A stretch of DNA of 64,000 bases from Campylobacterales bacterium (GTDB lineage Bacteria > Campylobacterota > Campylobacteria > Campylobacterales > UBA6016): contig JAYSBP010000012.1 of NCBI GenBank assembly GCA_041915365.1, forward strand, positions 843-64,842, given 5' to 3'. Both the position numbers and the translations under genes were made by a program. The number at the start of each line of letters is the position of its first letter. The stretch's first letter is position 1. Positions 1-9,300 of the stretch are shown here, piece after piece. The notes beneath the pieces were generated by a model that saw only the letters and a list, made by a program, of their open reading frames with translations, was not told the DNA's origin and did not search any database.

Positions 1-2
1 CC

Positions 3-197
3 CTAGGTTGCGGCATAGGGGCCAAGCTAGGATTTTTGGACATAGAAATACAAAAAGACAAAAGCGGGGCTCCATATGCAATCTTAAGCGACAAAGCGGA
101 GCAGATTTTTAAAATCAAGAAAATACACATCTCTATTACGCACGACGGCGAATATGCTGTTGCCGCAGCCTTTATTTACCCACCGCCCACAAACTGA
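3..197 (+). CDS. acpS: holo-[acyl-carrier-protein] synthase, C-terminal fragment (gene starts upstream of the window)
   Basis: Frame 3 is open from the window edge and reads LGCGIGAKLGFLDIEIQKDKSGAPYAILSDKAEQIFKIKKIHISITHDGEYAVAAAFIYPPPTN*. This is an AcpS-like C-terminus (IS-I-T/S-H-x-x-x-YA-x-A). It is absent from the ORF track because it has no in-window start. Confidence 0.6.
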   Translation, partial: LGCGIGAKLGFLDIEIQKDKSGAPYAILSDKAEQIFKIKKIHISITHDGEYAVAAAFIYPPPTN

Positions 198-376
198 AGA
201 AGCTCAACTTTATCATTTTCGCAAAGCTCTCTTTTGTTCCACTCATCTTTTTTTACTATTTGCATATTAATGGCTGCCGCCATCACCTTATCTTCAATAC
301 CCTCTTTGGCTATGAGCTCTTTTAGCGTAATGCCAACATCAAACTCTTTTTGCTCGCCGTTTAGTATTATTTTCAT
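176..376 (-). CDS. thiS: ThiS/MoaD-family sulfur-carrier protein
   Basis: 66 aa of ubiquitin-like size, ending in the diagnostic C-terminal GG (LQFVGGG). Its start overlaps the upstream gene's stop. Confidence 0.7.
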   Translation of the reverse strand: MKIILNGEQKEFDVGITLKELIAKEGIEDKVMAAAINMQIVKKDEWNKRELCENDKVELLQFVGGG

Positions 377-1362
377 GCCATCTCCTTGCCAAAACTAATC
401 ATCTTAAACCTCTCTCCAAACCCTTCCGGAGAAATAAGTGCTTTTGCTTTTGCGCTCTCTTTTAGGTATGCGCTCTCTCCTGCCTTCGCAAGATATACCT
501 CAAGAAGTTCCGATATGCCAAAACCGACAAGTGCGCTTGCTTGGTTTTTGTACTCTATCGTCTCAAATCCAGCCTCTTCAAACGCCAAAGCCAAATGTCC
601 AAAATTTACATCATAGGTAATATCGGAAGTCGCAAAATACTCGCTCATATTTTCAAGCCCAAAAAGCGGCTCACTTTTATGTTCCTTGTATATTCGGATT
701 GAAAAGTCATTTCTTGCATACTCTTGACCATAATCAAACGTTATAAAATAACTTTTTGCAAATGCGCCATAAAGCTCTTTTGCAAACTCTTCATACCCTG
801 TTGCCAATTCACCTTTTGAAATTTCAAGTTTTTTTGCTTTTTTTAGAAGCAAAGTATCATCTATATCAAAGTCGATTTTATGGTTTGCAACACTTGCAAA
901 TTTGCCATCGTATAATAGCTCGCAAGAAAAAGCGTCGAATATCTCGTTTGCAAAAACAAAAGCTGCTCTATCTTCAAACCCATTTAGTGAGCTAACTATC
1001 TCAAAATCAACATCACAAAAAAACTCCTGAAGCTCTTTTGCTTGAAACTGAGCCGCCGCCTCTTGTTTTTCAACTATCACGAATTTGACCGTTTCCAAAA
1101 GCTCCGGATATAGTCCAGCCACAAAAGAAGCAAAGTCTTTTAGGGCATAAAGAGAGTTGGCTCCTATTTCACACACGATAGAATCTTTGGGCAACGCCCC
1201 GCTTCGTACCAAAGAGACAAATTTATTTGCTATAGCCCCACCAAAAAACATAGACACACTAGGGGAGGTAAGAAAATCTCCCGCCTTGCCGACTTGCCCT
1301 ATGCCTGAGTAGTAGCCGTCTTTGCCGTATAGCCACTCGCTCATATACTCCGAAAATCTCAA
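373..1362 (-). CDS. class I SAM-dependent methyltransferase, MidA/DUF185 family
   Basis: The N-terminus (LYGKDGYYS...GKAGDFLTSPSVSMFFGGAIA) matches the MidA/NDUFAF7 family signature. 329 aa. Confidence 0.7.
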   Translation of the reverse strand: MRFSEYMSEWLYGKDGYYSGIGQVGKAGDFLTSPSVSMFFGGAIANKFVSLVRSGALPKDSIVCEIGANSLYALKDFASFVAGLYPELLETVKFVIVEKQEAAAQFQAKELQEFFCDVDFEIVSSLNGFEDRAAFVFANEIFDAFSCELLYDGKFASVANHKIDFDIDDTLLLKKAKKLEISKGELATGYEEFAKELYGAFAKSYFITFDYGQEYARNDFSIRIYKEHKSEPLFGLENMSEYFATSDITYDVNFGHLALAFEEAGFETIEYKNQASALVGFGISELLEVYLAKAGESAYLKESAKAKALISPEGFGERFKMISFGKEMA

Positions 1363-2546
1363 CCGCTTACCTTATCAAGCGCACGTCTAAGTCTTACAAA
1401 ACCCTCTTTTATATCCTCTGGCGCAATAATAAGAGCAGGCAAAAATCTAACCGTACTTTGAGCCGATTTGATGACTAGCACACCCTCTTCCATCCCTTTT
1501 GCAATTACCGAGAGCATAATGTCATCGTTTTTGGCTTTTAGTCCACGAAGAAGTCCAAAACCGCTAGTTTTTTCAAACAAACTAGGATAATCGGCAACAA
1601 TAGACGAAAGCTCTTTGTCAAAAAGCTCTATGATATGTGCCAGTCTTTTTGACTTATACTCCTCCTCCAATGTGTTCAGTACTGCAATAGCCGCCTTGGT
1701 TGATAGTGGATTGCCGCCAAATGTAGAACCGTGTTCGCCATAGTTAAATACATCTTTTATAGTCGTACATACAGCGCCTATAGGTACGCCGCCAGCGAGC
1801 CCTTTGGCAAGGGTAAACACGTCAGGCTCTACGCCATATACAGACGAAGCCAAAAACTCCCCACTTCTATAAACTCCGCTTTGAATTTCGTCAAACATCA
1901 AAAGGATATTGTTTGCCTTTGTAAACTCTCGCAAGTTCACTATATCTTCTTTATCGAAAGCATATACGCCGCCTTCCGCCTGAATAGGCTCCAACATCAC
2001 AGCCGCAGTCTCGTCGTCACACATCTCTATAGCCTCTTTTATCGTAGCCGCATAAAAAAAGCCCTCGGGATATGGGCCAAAAAAGTCGTGGAATCTATCT
2101 TGCGCCGTAGCCTTTAGCGTCGTAATAGTTCTGCCGTGAAACGAGTTTTTAATAGTGATGATTTTGTATCTTTTTTTCTCAAACCTGCTCTCGCCATATT
2201 TTCTAGCGACCTTGATAGCACCCTCGTTCGCCTCTGCGCCGCTATTGGCAAAAAATACGGCAACGTCAATTCCACAAAGTTCATTGATTTTTTTTGCCGC
2301 CTTGACTTGTGAATCTATATAAAACAAATTTGATATGTGATGCACACCGTCTATCGCTTCGCTAACGGCTTTTACAAGAGCCGGATGTCTATATCCTAGT
2401 GAGCTTACGGCAATACCTGACATAAAATCTACATACTCCTTGCCGTTTTCGTCGAATAGTCTAGCCCCCTTGCCATCCGTAAAATTCGTATAGTTTCTCT
2501 TGTATGTATGAAGTAAATATTTTGATTCTTCCTGTTCATAGCTCAT
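1359..2546 (-). CDS. argD: class-III PLP aminotransferase (acetylornithine aminotransferase-like)
   Basis: 395 aa with SGAEANEGAIKVARKY, DEIQSG and TLAKGLAGGVPIGA (the PLP lysine context), typical of ArgD/AstC. Confidence 0.8.
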   Translation of the reverse strand: MSYEQEESKYLLHTYKRNYTNFTDGKGARLFDENGKEYVDFMSGIAVSSLGYRHPALVKAVSEAIDGVHHISNLFYIDSQVKAAKKINELCGIDVAVFFANSGAEANEGAIKVARKYGESRFEKKRYKIITIKNSFHGRTITTLKATAQDRFHDFFGPYPEGFFYAATIKEAIEMCDDETAAVMLEPIQAEGGVYAFDKEDIVNLREFTKANNILLMFDEIQSGVYRSGEFLASSVYGVEPDVFTLAKGLAGGVPIGAVCTTIKDVFNYGEHGSTFGGNPLSTKAAIAVLNTLEEEYKSKRLAHIIELFDKELSSIVADYPSLFEKTSGFGLLRGLKAKNDDIMLSVIAKGMEEGVLVIKSAQSTVRFLPALIIAPEDIKEGFVRLRRALDKVSG

Positions 2547-2603
2547 TTGCGACCGCCTTTTTATTGTTTATCAGTTATTTTATGAAAAAATTGTATCAAA
2601 AGC

Positions 2604-4646
2604 TTGATAACAGAAATAAGGTTTCAAATGCAACCCACAGATGTAACGACCGTAGATAAAATACTAATAGTCGACGATACAAGAACTATCGTGCAGCTGC
2701 TTAGTATGATACTCAAAAAAGAGGGGTTTGAGGTCTTCACGGCGTCAAGCGGCGAAGAGGCGCTAGAACTACTCCAAAATATCTCCGTCGATACGATACT
2801 TCTTGACATACAAATGGGTAAGGGTATCGACGGTTTTGAGACTTGCAGGCTTATCAAGCTAAACGAACACATACAAGATATTCCGGTCATATTTCTGACG
2901 GCTTTTGACGACTTGGATATGAAGCTAAGGGGCTTTGAGGTCGGCGGTGTGGATTTTGTCGCAAAATCATTCGATAAAACAGAGATTCTGACAAGAGTTA
3001 AAAATCAGGTAAAACTATACAAGCTACAAATGGGTCTCAAAAGAGGTCTCGCCTACATTAGGGCAATTTTGGATGCGCAAAAGCACTTGATAGCTATTTT
3101 TGACTCGCAGCTAAACCTCGAAAACTACAACCGCTCTTTTGAAGAGGCGTTCAAACCAAAAAGTGACTTCTCGGTCATAGGAAAGCTGACCCCTTATGAT
3201 GGATATTTGATACCAGCAGAGGATAGTTTGTTTTTTGCGATACTCTCAAAAAACGAAGAGTTTAAGGCTGAAATAAAAGGCGTGGATGGTATTTTTTCGT
3301 TTGAGCTTAGCGAGGCGAAAGTTCTAAATGAGACAAAAATAATTCTAACCGTTAGCGACATTACCTTGCACGAAAAAGCGAAAAGACAAGAGCTTGAGCT
3401 TTTGAAGTATAAAGAGAGATACCACGATGCCCAACAGCACGATGCGTTCAAAAAACAAAAAAAGATAATCAAAGACGACGTATCGCATCTTCTGAGGGGC
3501 GAGTGGTCTTTTGACTCCTATTACAAACCGCTAGACATTCTAAGTGGGGATACGCTCGGGGCGATAAAAATAAGTGAGGAGAGATATTTGTTTTATATAG
3601 TTGATGCAATGGGCAAGGGGCTTAGCGCATCTGTGACGAGCATACAATCCACGTCTTTTATAAATAATAGTATCGAGAGAGCCAATGAGCATAGCGACTT
3701 TGGTCTCGAAAAAATAGTAAATTCATTTTGTAGCTTCATAAGAAAACAGCTTCTTGACGACGAGCTACTTTGCATTATTTTCTTGGATTTTGACATCGCC
3801 GCAAACACTATCAAGATAGCCAACTACGGTATGCCGCCGCTTCTTATCGAACAAAACGGTCAGATACAGCCGATAAAACCGAAAAATCCGCCTATTATGC
3901 CGTTTTTAGGTACTGAAAATATAGACACGATACCGCTTGACGGAATAACCAAAATAGCGCTTTATTCGGATGGACTAAACGAAAGTGAAACATCGGACGG
4001 GAGACCGTATTCAAAATACATAGAAGATGATTTCAAAGATTCAATCTTGATGAGGCAGCTGCTTAGAAAATTTGAATCAAAAGTAAGCTCTCTGGACGAC
4101 GATATGACCCTTATTTTTATATCCAAGACGTCGACAGAAAAAAGCGTATTTGATAAAAAAATAGAGATACACTCAAAACTAACGGAAGTGATAGAGCTAA
4201 ATAAAGATATAGAAAACATATTGCTTCATGCCGGAATAAATCAAAGGGACGTGTTTGAGGCTCAGCTTGTATTCAGCGAACTACTAATGAATGCTTTTGA
4301 GCACGGGGCTTTGTGTTTAACCCCAGATGAAAAACAAAGACTAATTTCAGAAGATGCCTATGATGAGTTTTTGGAGAGTTTTGAAAATGCACATACGGCC
4401 AAAAAAATCTGCGTAGATATATCTGTTTTTGAAATCAACAACGGGCAAAAAATACTCCAAATCGGGATTGAAGACCCCGGTAAAGGCTTTAAATTTTCAG
4501 AGGCGCTTAAAACAATTTACGTGGAAAATAATGACAGGTTTTCAGGACGTGGAATGTGGATGGCAAACGACATCACGGATGGGGTGTTTTTCAGCGAAAC
4601 AGGCAATAAAACTACTTTTTTTAAGACGGTACAGCAAACAAGCTAA
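2604..4646 (+). CDS. multidomain signalling protein: receiver (REC), PAS-like linker, PP2C/SpoIIE phosphatase and RsbW-type HATPase kinase
   Basis: REC: ILIVDD...LLDIQM...FVAKSF. PP2C motifs: VDAMGKGLSAS, LYSDGLNE, DDDMTLIF. C-terminal N-box ELLMNAFEHG, then G-boxes EDPGKGF and GRGMWM. The ORF starts at TTG 2604. ATG 2628, preceded by AAGG, is the likelier true start. Confidence 0.8.
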   Translation: MITEIRFQMQPTDVTTVDKILIVDDTRTIVQLLSMILKKEGFEVFTASSGEEALELLQNISVDTILLDIQMGKGIDGFETCRLIKLNEHIQDIPVIFLTAFDDLDMKLRGFEVGGVDFVAKSFDKTEILTRVKNQVKLYKLQMGLKRGLAYIRAILDAQKHLIAIFDSQLNLENYNRSFEEAFKPKSDFSVIGKLTPYDGYLIPAEDSLFFAILSKNEEFKAEIKGVDGIFSFELSEAKVLNETKIILTVSDITLHEKAKRQELELLKYKERYHDAQQHDAFKKQKKIIKDDVSHLLRGEWSFDSYYKPLDILSGDTLGAIKISEERYLFYIVDAMGKGLSASVTSIQSTSFINNSIERANEHSDFGLEKIVNSFCSFIRKQLLDDELLCIIFLDFDIAANTIKIANYGMPPLLIEQNGQIQPIKPKNPPIMPFLGTENIDTIPLDGITKIALYSDGLNESETSDGRPYSKYIEDDFKDSILMRQLLRKFESKVSSLDDDMTLIFISKTSTEKSVFDKKIEIHSKLTEVIELNKDIENILLHAGINQRDVFEAQLVFSELLMNAFEHGALCLTPDEKQRLISEDAYDEFLESFENAHTAKKICVDISVFEINNGQKILQIGIEDPGKGFKFSEALKTIYVENNDRFSGRGMWMANDITDGVFFSETGNKTTFFKTVQQTS

Positions 4647-4714
4647 TTTATCGTCGGCTAAGAGTTTTTGTCTTAAAATCGAAAACAGTAAAAACAAGAG
4701 TAAAAGGGAACTGC

Positions 4715-5023
4715 GTGCAACTAGAAAGCTCACAAACGGCAAACGGATACAAAGTAGTAATAAAAGACATAATAAAAACGATAGAAGATAGCACGATATT
4801 CAAAAAAGGGATATCCGATATTCTACTCAAAGATCCGGCGGCAAAAGTAGACATTCACGTCATAGACTCCTACATAATAACCTCTTCTATTATAGGCACC
4901 CTGCTTAAAATGGTTCAAAAAGATAATGCTAAAATCTCAGTCTATGTTTATAGCGCAGATCTTTACGAACTACTAGACAAGCTAAATCTAATCGTATTAC
5001 TGAACGTCAAAAAAGAGTTTTAA
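4715..5023 (+). CDS. STAS-domain anti-sigma-factor antagonist-like protein (RsbV/SpoIIAA-like)
   Basis: 102 aa with a GTG start. VIDSYIITSSIIGTLL resembles the STAS phospho-serine loop (D-x-S...DSSG-x-x-x-L). It lies immediately downstream of the phosphatase/kinase fusion. Confidence 0.55.
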   Translation: MQLESSQTANGYKVVIKDIIKTIEDSTIFKKGISDILLKDPAAKVDIHVIDSYIITSSIIGTLLKMVQKDNAKISVYVYSADLYELLDKLNLIVLLNVKKEF

Positions 5024-5113
5024 GACAAAAAGTAACTATTTCGTAACCGACAGAATATACAATTAAAACACACAAAACACTTCAAAGATAGTGGTTTATT
5101 AGGGTACTCCAAT

Positions 5114-5974
5114 ATGAAAAATATCAATTTAGGGGACTTCGTTTTCGAGAGTCTCTCAAGGTTTATGGCACTCTCGGTATTCGTGGTGCTAGTAGCAATT
5201 TTTGTCATTTTGTACATAGATGCAAAACCGGCGATAGACTCTTTTGGCGTAGGATTTTTGACCGGCGAAATTTGGGCGCCTAATATGGAAACCTTTGGTG
5301 CACTGCCTTCGATATACGGAACAATTATATCAACGATTATCGCTATGGCTGTTGCCACACCGATAGCTATCGGTATCGCTATATTTCTTAGTGAAATAGC
5401 GCATGCAAAAATAAAAGGGATAGCCGGAACGCTAATAGAGCTTTTGGCGGCTATTCCATCCGTTATTTACGGTATGTGGGGGCTGTTTTACTTCGTTCCT
5501 ATCGTTAGAGACGTGACACACGGCTCTGGGATGGGTCTACTTACCGGCGGTCTGATACTTGCCATTATGATTGTCCCTTTTACGGCTTCAATCACTAGAG
5601 ACTCTATGAACACGACTCCTGACATACTAAAAGAGTCCGCATACGCACTTGGTGCAACAAAATGGGATGTTATCAAGGACGTTGTTCTCCCATATGCAAA
5701 AATAGGCGTCATAGGCTCTATCATACTATCTCTAGGCCGTGCGCTTGGCGAGACTATGGCAGTCACATTCGTAATGGGTAATGCGCAAAGAATTCCTGAG
5801 AGCATACTGGAGCCTGCTACAAGCATTCCGGTCACGCTTGCCAATGAGTTTACGGAAGCAGATAGCGATATATACTACTCAAGCCTTTATTTACTAGCGC
5901 TACTGCTATTTGTCGTAAGCTTTGCAATTATTGCAACCGCTAAATTCCTTTTCCTAAAGAAAGAGAGAAGCTAA
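5114..5974 (+). CDS. pstC: phosphate ABC transporter permease PstC
   Basis: 286 aa multi-TM protein with the EAA-like loop ESAYALGATKWDVIKDVVLP. First gene of a pstC-pstA-pstB series. Confidence 0.85.
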   Translation: MKNINLGDFVFESLSRFMALSVFVVLVAIFVILYIDAKPAIDSFGVGFLTGEIWAPNMETFGALPSIYGTIISTIIAMAVATPIAIGIAIFLSEIAHAKIKGIAGTLIELLAAIPSVIYGMWGLFYFVPIVRDVTHGSGMGLLTGGLILAIMIVPFTASITRDSMNTTPDILKESAYALGATKWDVIKDVVLPYAKIGVIGSIILSLGRALGETMAVTFVMGNAQRIPESILEPATSIPVTLANEFTEADSDIYYSSLYLLALLLFVVSFAIIATAKFLFLKKERS

Positions 5975-5975
5975 G

Positions 5976-6821
5976 ATGTTGCACAAAAATAAAAGAAAAA
6001 TACTTAATACTATAGTTTTGGCGTTATCAACAGGGGCGGCTCTTCTTGGCATTGCAATACTATTTTGGATTATAGGGATACTCCTTTTCAAAGGGCTATC
6101 TGTAATATCTCTTAATACGTTTATTCAAGACGGCACACCTCCTGGAATGGAAGGTGGTGGCTTAAGGCAAGCACTAATAGGACACCTAATACTAACAAGC
6201 GTAGCGATGGGTATAGGCATACCAGTAGGTATGCTTGCCGGTACATATCTTAGCGAGTACGGCGCAGGCTCTAGGGTCGCAAACTTCATCAGGGACTTAT
6301 CGGACATTATGATGTCGGCTCCTTCTATCGTCGTAGGCGTATTCGTATATGGCATTATGGTGGCCCCCGTTCACCACTTCTCTGGCTGGGCAGGCAGCGT
6401 GGCACTTGCTATACTGGCCGTTCCCGTTATTATCAGAACGACGGACGACATGCTCCGCCTTGTTCCGCAGACACTTAGAGAGGCGGCATATGCGCTTGGC
6501 GCACCAAAATGGAAAGTGATATTTCAAGTGGTTTACAAAGGTGCGGCGGTCGGCCTAATGACGGGCATACTTCTTGGTGTTGCAAGGGTTGCTGGGGAGA
6601 CGGCTCCGCTACTATTCACATCGTTTAACAACAACTTCTTTAGTCTAAATATGAACGACTCCATGGCTTCGCTTACGGTCACGATGTTTGGCTATGCGTC
6701 AAGCCCATACGAGGATTGGCAACAACTAGGCTGGGCTGCGGCGGCGATACTTACTTTTGCAGTCTTGTTTGTGAACATACTAAGTAGAGTTATTATGAAT
6801 ATCAAAAAAGGTAAAAGGTAA
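5976..6821 (+). CDS. pstA: phosphate ABC transporter permease PstA
   Basis: 281 aa with REAAYALGAPKWKVIFQVV. Adjacent to pstC and pstB. Confidence 0.85.
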   Translation: MLHKNKRKILNTIVLALSTGAALLGIAILFWIIGILLFKGLSVISLNTFIQDGTPPGMEGGGLRQALIGHLILTSVAMGIGIPVGMLAGTYLSEYGAGSRVANFIRDLSDIMMSAPSIVVGVFVYGIMVAPVHHFSGWAGSVALAILAVPVIIRTTDDMLRLVPQTLREAAYALGAPKWKVIFQVVYKGAAVGLMTGILLGVARVAGETAPLLFTSFNNNFFSLNMNDSMASLTVTMFGYASSPYEDWQQLGWAAAAILTFAVLFVNILSRVIMNIKKGKR

Positions 6822-6824
6822 AAA

Positions 6825-7616
6825 ATGTCAACTATAGCTAACGTAAAAGAGGCTCTTGAGCTAGAGGTAAAAAACTTCAATTTTTACTACAAAGGGACTA
6901 CTAGCCCAAGCCTAAAAAACATCAATATGCCAATAGCAAAAAACCGCATCACGGCACTTATCGGACCGTCAGGCTGTGGTAAAACTACGCTTTTGCGCTC
7001 TTTTAATAGAATTCACGACCTTTACCCTGGAAACAAATACGAGGGTGAGATACTTTTTGAAGATAGCAAAAAAAATATTCTCGATAAAGACGTAGACCTT
7101 ATCGACCTTAGACTAAAAATAGGTATGATTTTTCAAAAACCGACTCCATTTCCAATGAGTATTTTTGACAACGTAGCTTACGGCCTTAGACTACAGGGAG
7201 TCAAAAGCAAATCAGAGCTTGAGGGCAGAGTAGAAGCGGCGCTAAAAGGTGCGGCGCTATGGGAAGAGGTATCAAACAGGCTAAATGCCGATGGCAACTC
7301 GCTCTCAGGCGGACAGCAACAAAGACTTTGTATCGCAAGAGCGGTAGCGGTAGAGCCTGAAGTATTGCTATTTGACGAGCCAACGTCTGCGCTTGACCCT
7401 ATATCTACGCTAGCGGTTGAAAAGCTTATTATTGAGCTAAAAGAGAAGTTAACGGTAATCATCGTAACACACAATATGCAACAAGCGGCAAGGGTGTCGG
7501 ATTATACGGCGTTTATGTATCTTGGCGACCTAGTTGAGCTTGGACACACCGAAGAGCTATTTATCAACCCTGTAGAAAAACTAACAGAAGAGTATATTAC
7601 AGGAAAATTCGGTTGA
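6825..7616 (+). CDS. pstB: phosphate ABC transporter ATP-binding protein PstB
   Basis: Walker [10 protein letters not shown], signature [14 protein letters not shown], Walker [12 protein letters not shown], and the PstB-typical [15 protein letters not shown]. Confidence 0.9.
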   Translation: MSTIANVKEALELEVKNFNFYYKGTTSPSLKNINMPIAKNRITALIGPSGCGKTTLLRSFNRIHDLYPGNKYEGEILFEDSKKNILDKDVDLIDLRLKIGMIFQKPTPFPMSIFDNVAYGLRLQGVKSKSELEGRVEAALKGAALWEEVSNRLNADGNSLSGGQQQRLCIARAVAVEPEVLLFDEPTSALDPISTLAVEKLIIELKEKLTVIIVTHNMQQAARVSDYTAFMYLGDLVELGHTEELFINPVEKLTEEYITGKFG

Positions 7617-7617
7617 G

Positions 7618-7640
7618 AAAAAGAGGTTTTACCTCTCTTT
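7618..7640. terminator. possible bidirectional hairpin between convergent pstB and the 101-aa gene
   Basis: AAAAAGAGGT-TTT-ACCTCTCTTT: a 6-bp GC-containing stem plus A:T extension with one mismatch, flanked by A and T runs. Confidence 0.35.
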
Positions 7641-7934
7641 CGACTCCTTTTTTATTTTGTCTTCTATATAGTTAAAAACCGTGCCACCTCTATTTAGGTA
7701 AGCAGTTTGAAGCATAAAAACCTCTTTAAATACATACAAAAACCCCAAAAATGGCACGCACCACAATACGACGATTTTTCTCATATTTGCTTTCGCTTCG
7801 TATGTGCTGACTAGATAAAAAGCCTCTGTCTCACTAATGTTTGACGCCTTATAAATCCCAAATCCGATTGTTGCAAAAATATTTAACAAAAATCCAAGCG
7901 CAATATAATTCTGGTAAATCTCGATAGCTTCCAT
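7629..7934 (-). CDS. small membrane protein, unknown function
   Basis: 101 aa with two hydrophobic helices. Its start abuts the upstream DHH gene's stop. Confidence 0.45.
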   Translation of the reverse strand: MEAIEIYQNYIALGFLLNIFATIGFGIYKASNISETEAFYLVSTYEAKANMRKIVVLWCVPFLGFLYVFKEVFMLQTAYLNRGGTVFNYIEDKIKKESKER

Positions 7935-8971
7935 TATCCCTCGATTGACGGTTTCATTATAGATTCAATAGCTTTTTTGTATTCGGCGTATGTAAAAAAT
8001 TCTTTTATGTTATTGGCTCTACCGCCTGCGGCATTGCGATGCCCGCCTCCGCCAAAAAGCGTCTTACTTATTTCACTTACATCCGCTTTGTTGCTTGAGC
8101 GCATAGATATATTCCCTTTAGGCGATACGTCGATAAAAAAATCATACTCGTCATTTGCCGACAAAAAGCCATTTGCAATAACTGAGACATTGCCGATGGA
8201 TACAGTAAGAAACCCTGTATATCCAGCATATTCAACGCTAAACTCGCCTTTTTTGGTTGAGAGCAGTTTGGTAACGTATCTGCTTGATAGATTGTCTATA
8301 GTATCGTTGCTCTCATCGCCCCTTAAAAACTCTTTTTTCAAGAAGTGTATCGCATCATCTAGCGCAATGTGAGCCTCATCTTTGCCCAAAAACTCTTTTG
8401 CCTTCTCAAGTACATAAATCTTGTAATACACACTCTCTTCCGGAAATATTAGCTTGTTTAGTTCTTTTGTCTCCGTGATTAGGCGCATAAGAGTCTTACC
8501 AAACTCAAAAAGAGGCTGGTCTTCCTTCCAAAGGTCGATAGCGTTTATTGCATCTACAAGAGTCGTAGTAGCCTCATCTAACTCACCAAAATAATCATAA
8601 GTCAGCTTTGTCCCGCATCTATTGTTATCTAGCGTATACCAATCGGAAAACTCCTTTGCTTGCTCTTCGCCGCTTATATGATGGTCTAGTAGCTGAAGCC
8701 TGATATTGTATCCGCTCGTGTTTAGCGCTCTTATCTTGTCATCCAGATATCTACAATCTTGCGTGCTTAGATTTAGGTCTGTGATAAGAAACAATATCTC
8801 TTCGCTCTTATCCTCTAGCGCCTCTATCTCGGCTGTCATTTGCTTTAGTCTTGCATTTATTTCATTTCCATAGTTGGAATTGAAAAACCGTCCGTTTGGT
8901 ATATTTTTTGACGATACATATTGACACCCGTAACCGTCTAGGTCAGTGTGTGATAAGTGAAATAGTCTCAT
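7934..8971 (-). CDS. DHH/DHHA1-family phosphoesterase
   Basis: Motifs SHTDLDGYG (DxD), LLDHHIS (DHH) and GGGGHRNAAGG (DHHA1 GGGH). Confidence 0.75.
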   Translation of the reverse strand: MRLFHLSHTDLDGYGCQYVSSKNIPNGRFFNSNYGNEINARLKQMTAEIEALEDKSEEILFLITDLNLSTQDCRYLDDKIRALNTSGYNIRLQLLDHHISGEEQAKEFSDWYTLDNNRCGTKLTYDYFGELDEATTTLVDAINAIDLWKEDQPLFEFGKTLMRLITETKELNKLIFPEESVYYKIYVLEKAKEFLGKDEAHIALDDAIHFLKKEFLRGDESNDTIDNLSSRYVTKLLSTKKGEFSVEYAGYTGFLTVSIGNVSVIANGFLSANDEYDFFIDVSPKGNISMRSSNKADVSEISKTLFGGGGHRNAAGGRANNIKEFFTYAEYKKAIESIMKPSIEG

Positions 8972-9234
8972 TATTTAGCAAACAACTCCGCATTCTCTTT
9001 TTTCATGTGCTCGATTACTTTTACTACTTCATCAACTCCCAGCATTCCCTCTTCCTCTTCGCCAAACACCTCATCGATAGCATCCAAATAGATATCTGCC
9101 GCTTCGTCAAGCTTTGCTTTTTTTACTCCGGCAAAATATAGTGTAGCCCTTAGCATCTCTTGGAGTACGGCGCTCATCTCCTCTAACGTTACGTCATCTT
9201 CATTTTGTGTCTGTTTTTGGTTGTTCTTTGCCAT
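8971..9234 (-). CDS. small acidic hypothetical protein
   Basis: 87 aa. Its stop overlaps the start of the DHH gene, suggesting coupled translation. No recognisable domain. Confidence 0.45.
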   Translation of the reverse strand: MAKNNQKQTQNEDDVTLEEMSAVLQEMLRATLYFAGVKKAKLDEAADIYLDAIDEVFGEEEEGMLGVDEVVKVIEHMKKENAELFAK

Positions 9235-9300
9235 TTTTTAACCTTTATTTGTTTGGGCTAATTTTAGCAGGGAACGGCTTACCTTGCAGCCTCGCAAAAA

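Noticed and set aside
4429-4791. A 120-aa ORF bridging the end of the REC-PP2C-kinase gene and the start of the STAS gene.
   Set aside because: It is out of frame and overlaps two better-supported genes. The product is basic and low-complexity with no motifs.
9269-9287. A second sigma-54-like sequence, GGGAACGGCTTACCTTGCA.
   Set aside because: The GG-to-GC spacing is 3 nt too long for an RpoN promoter. On the plus strand it would read only into the antisense of selU, with no downstream gene.
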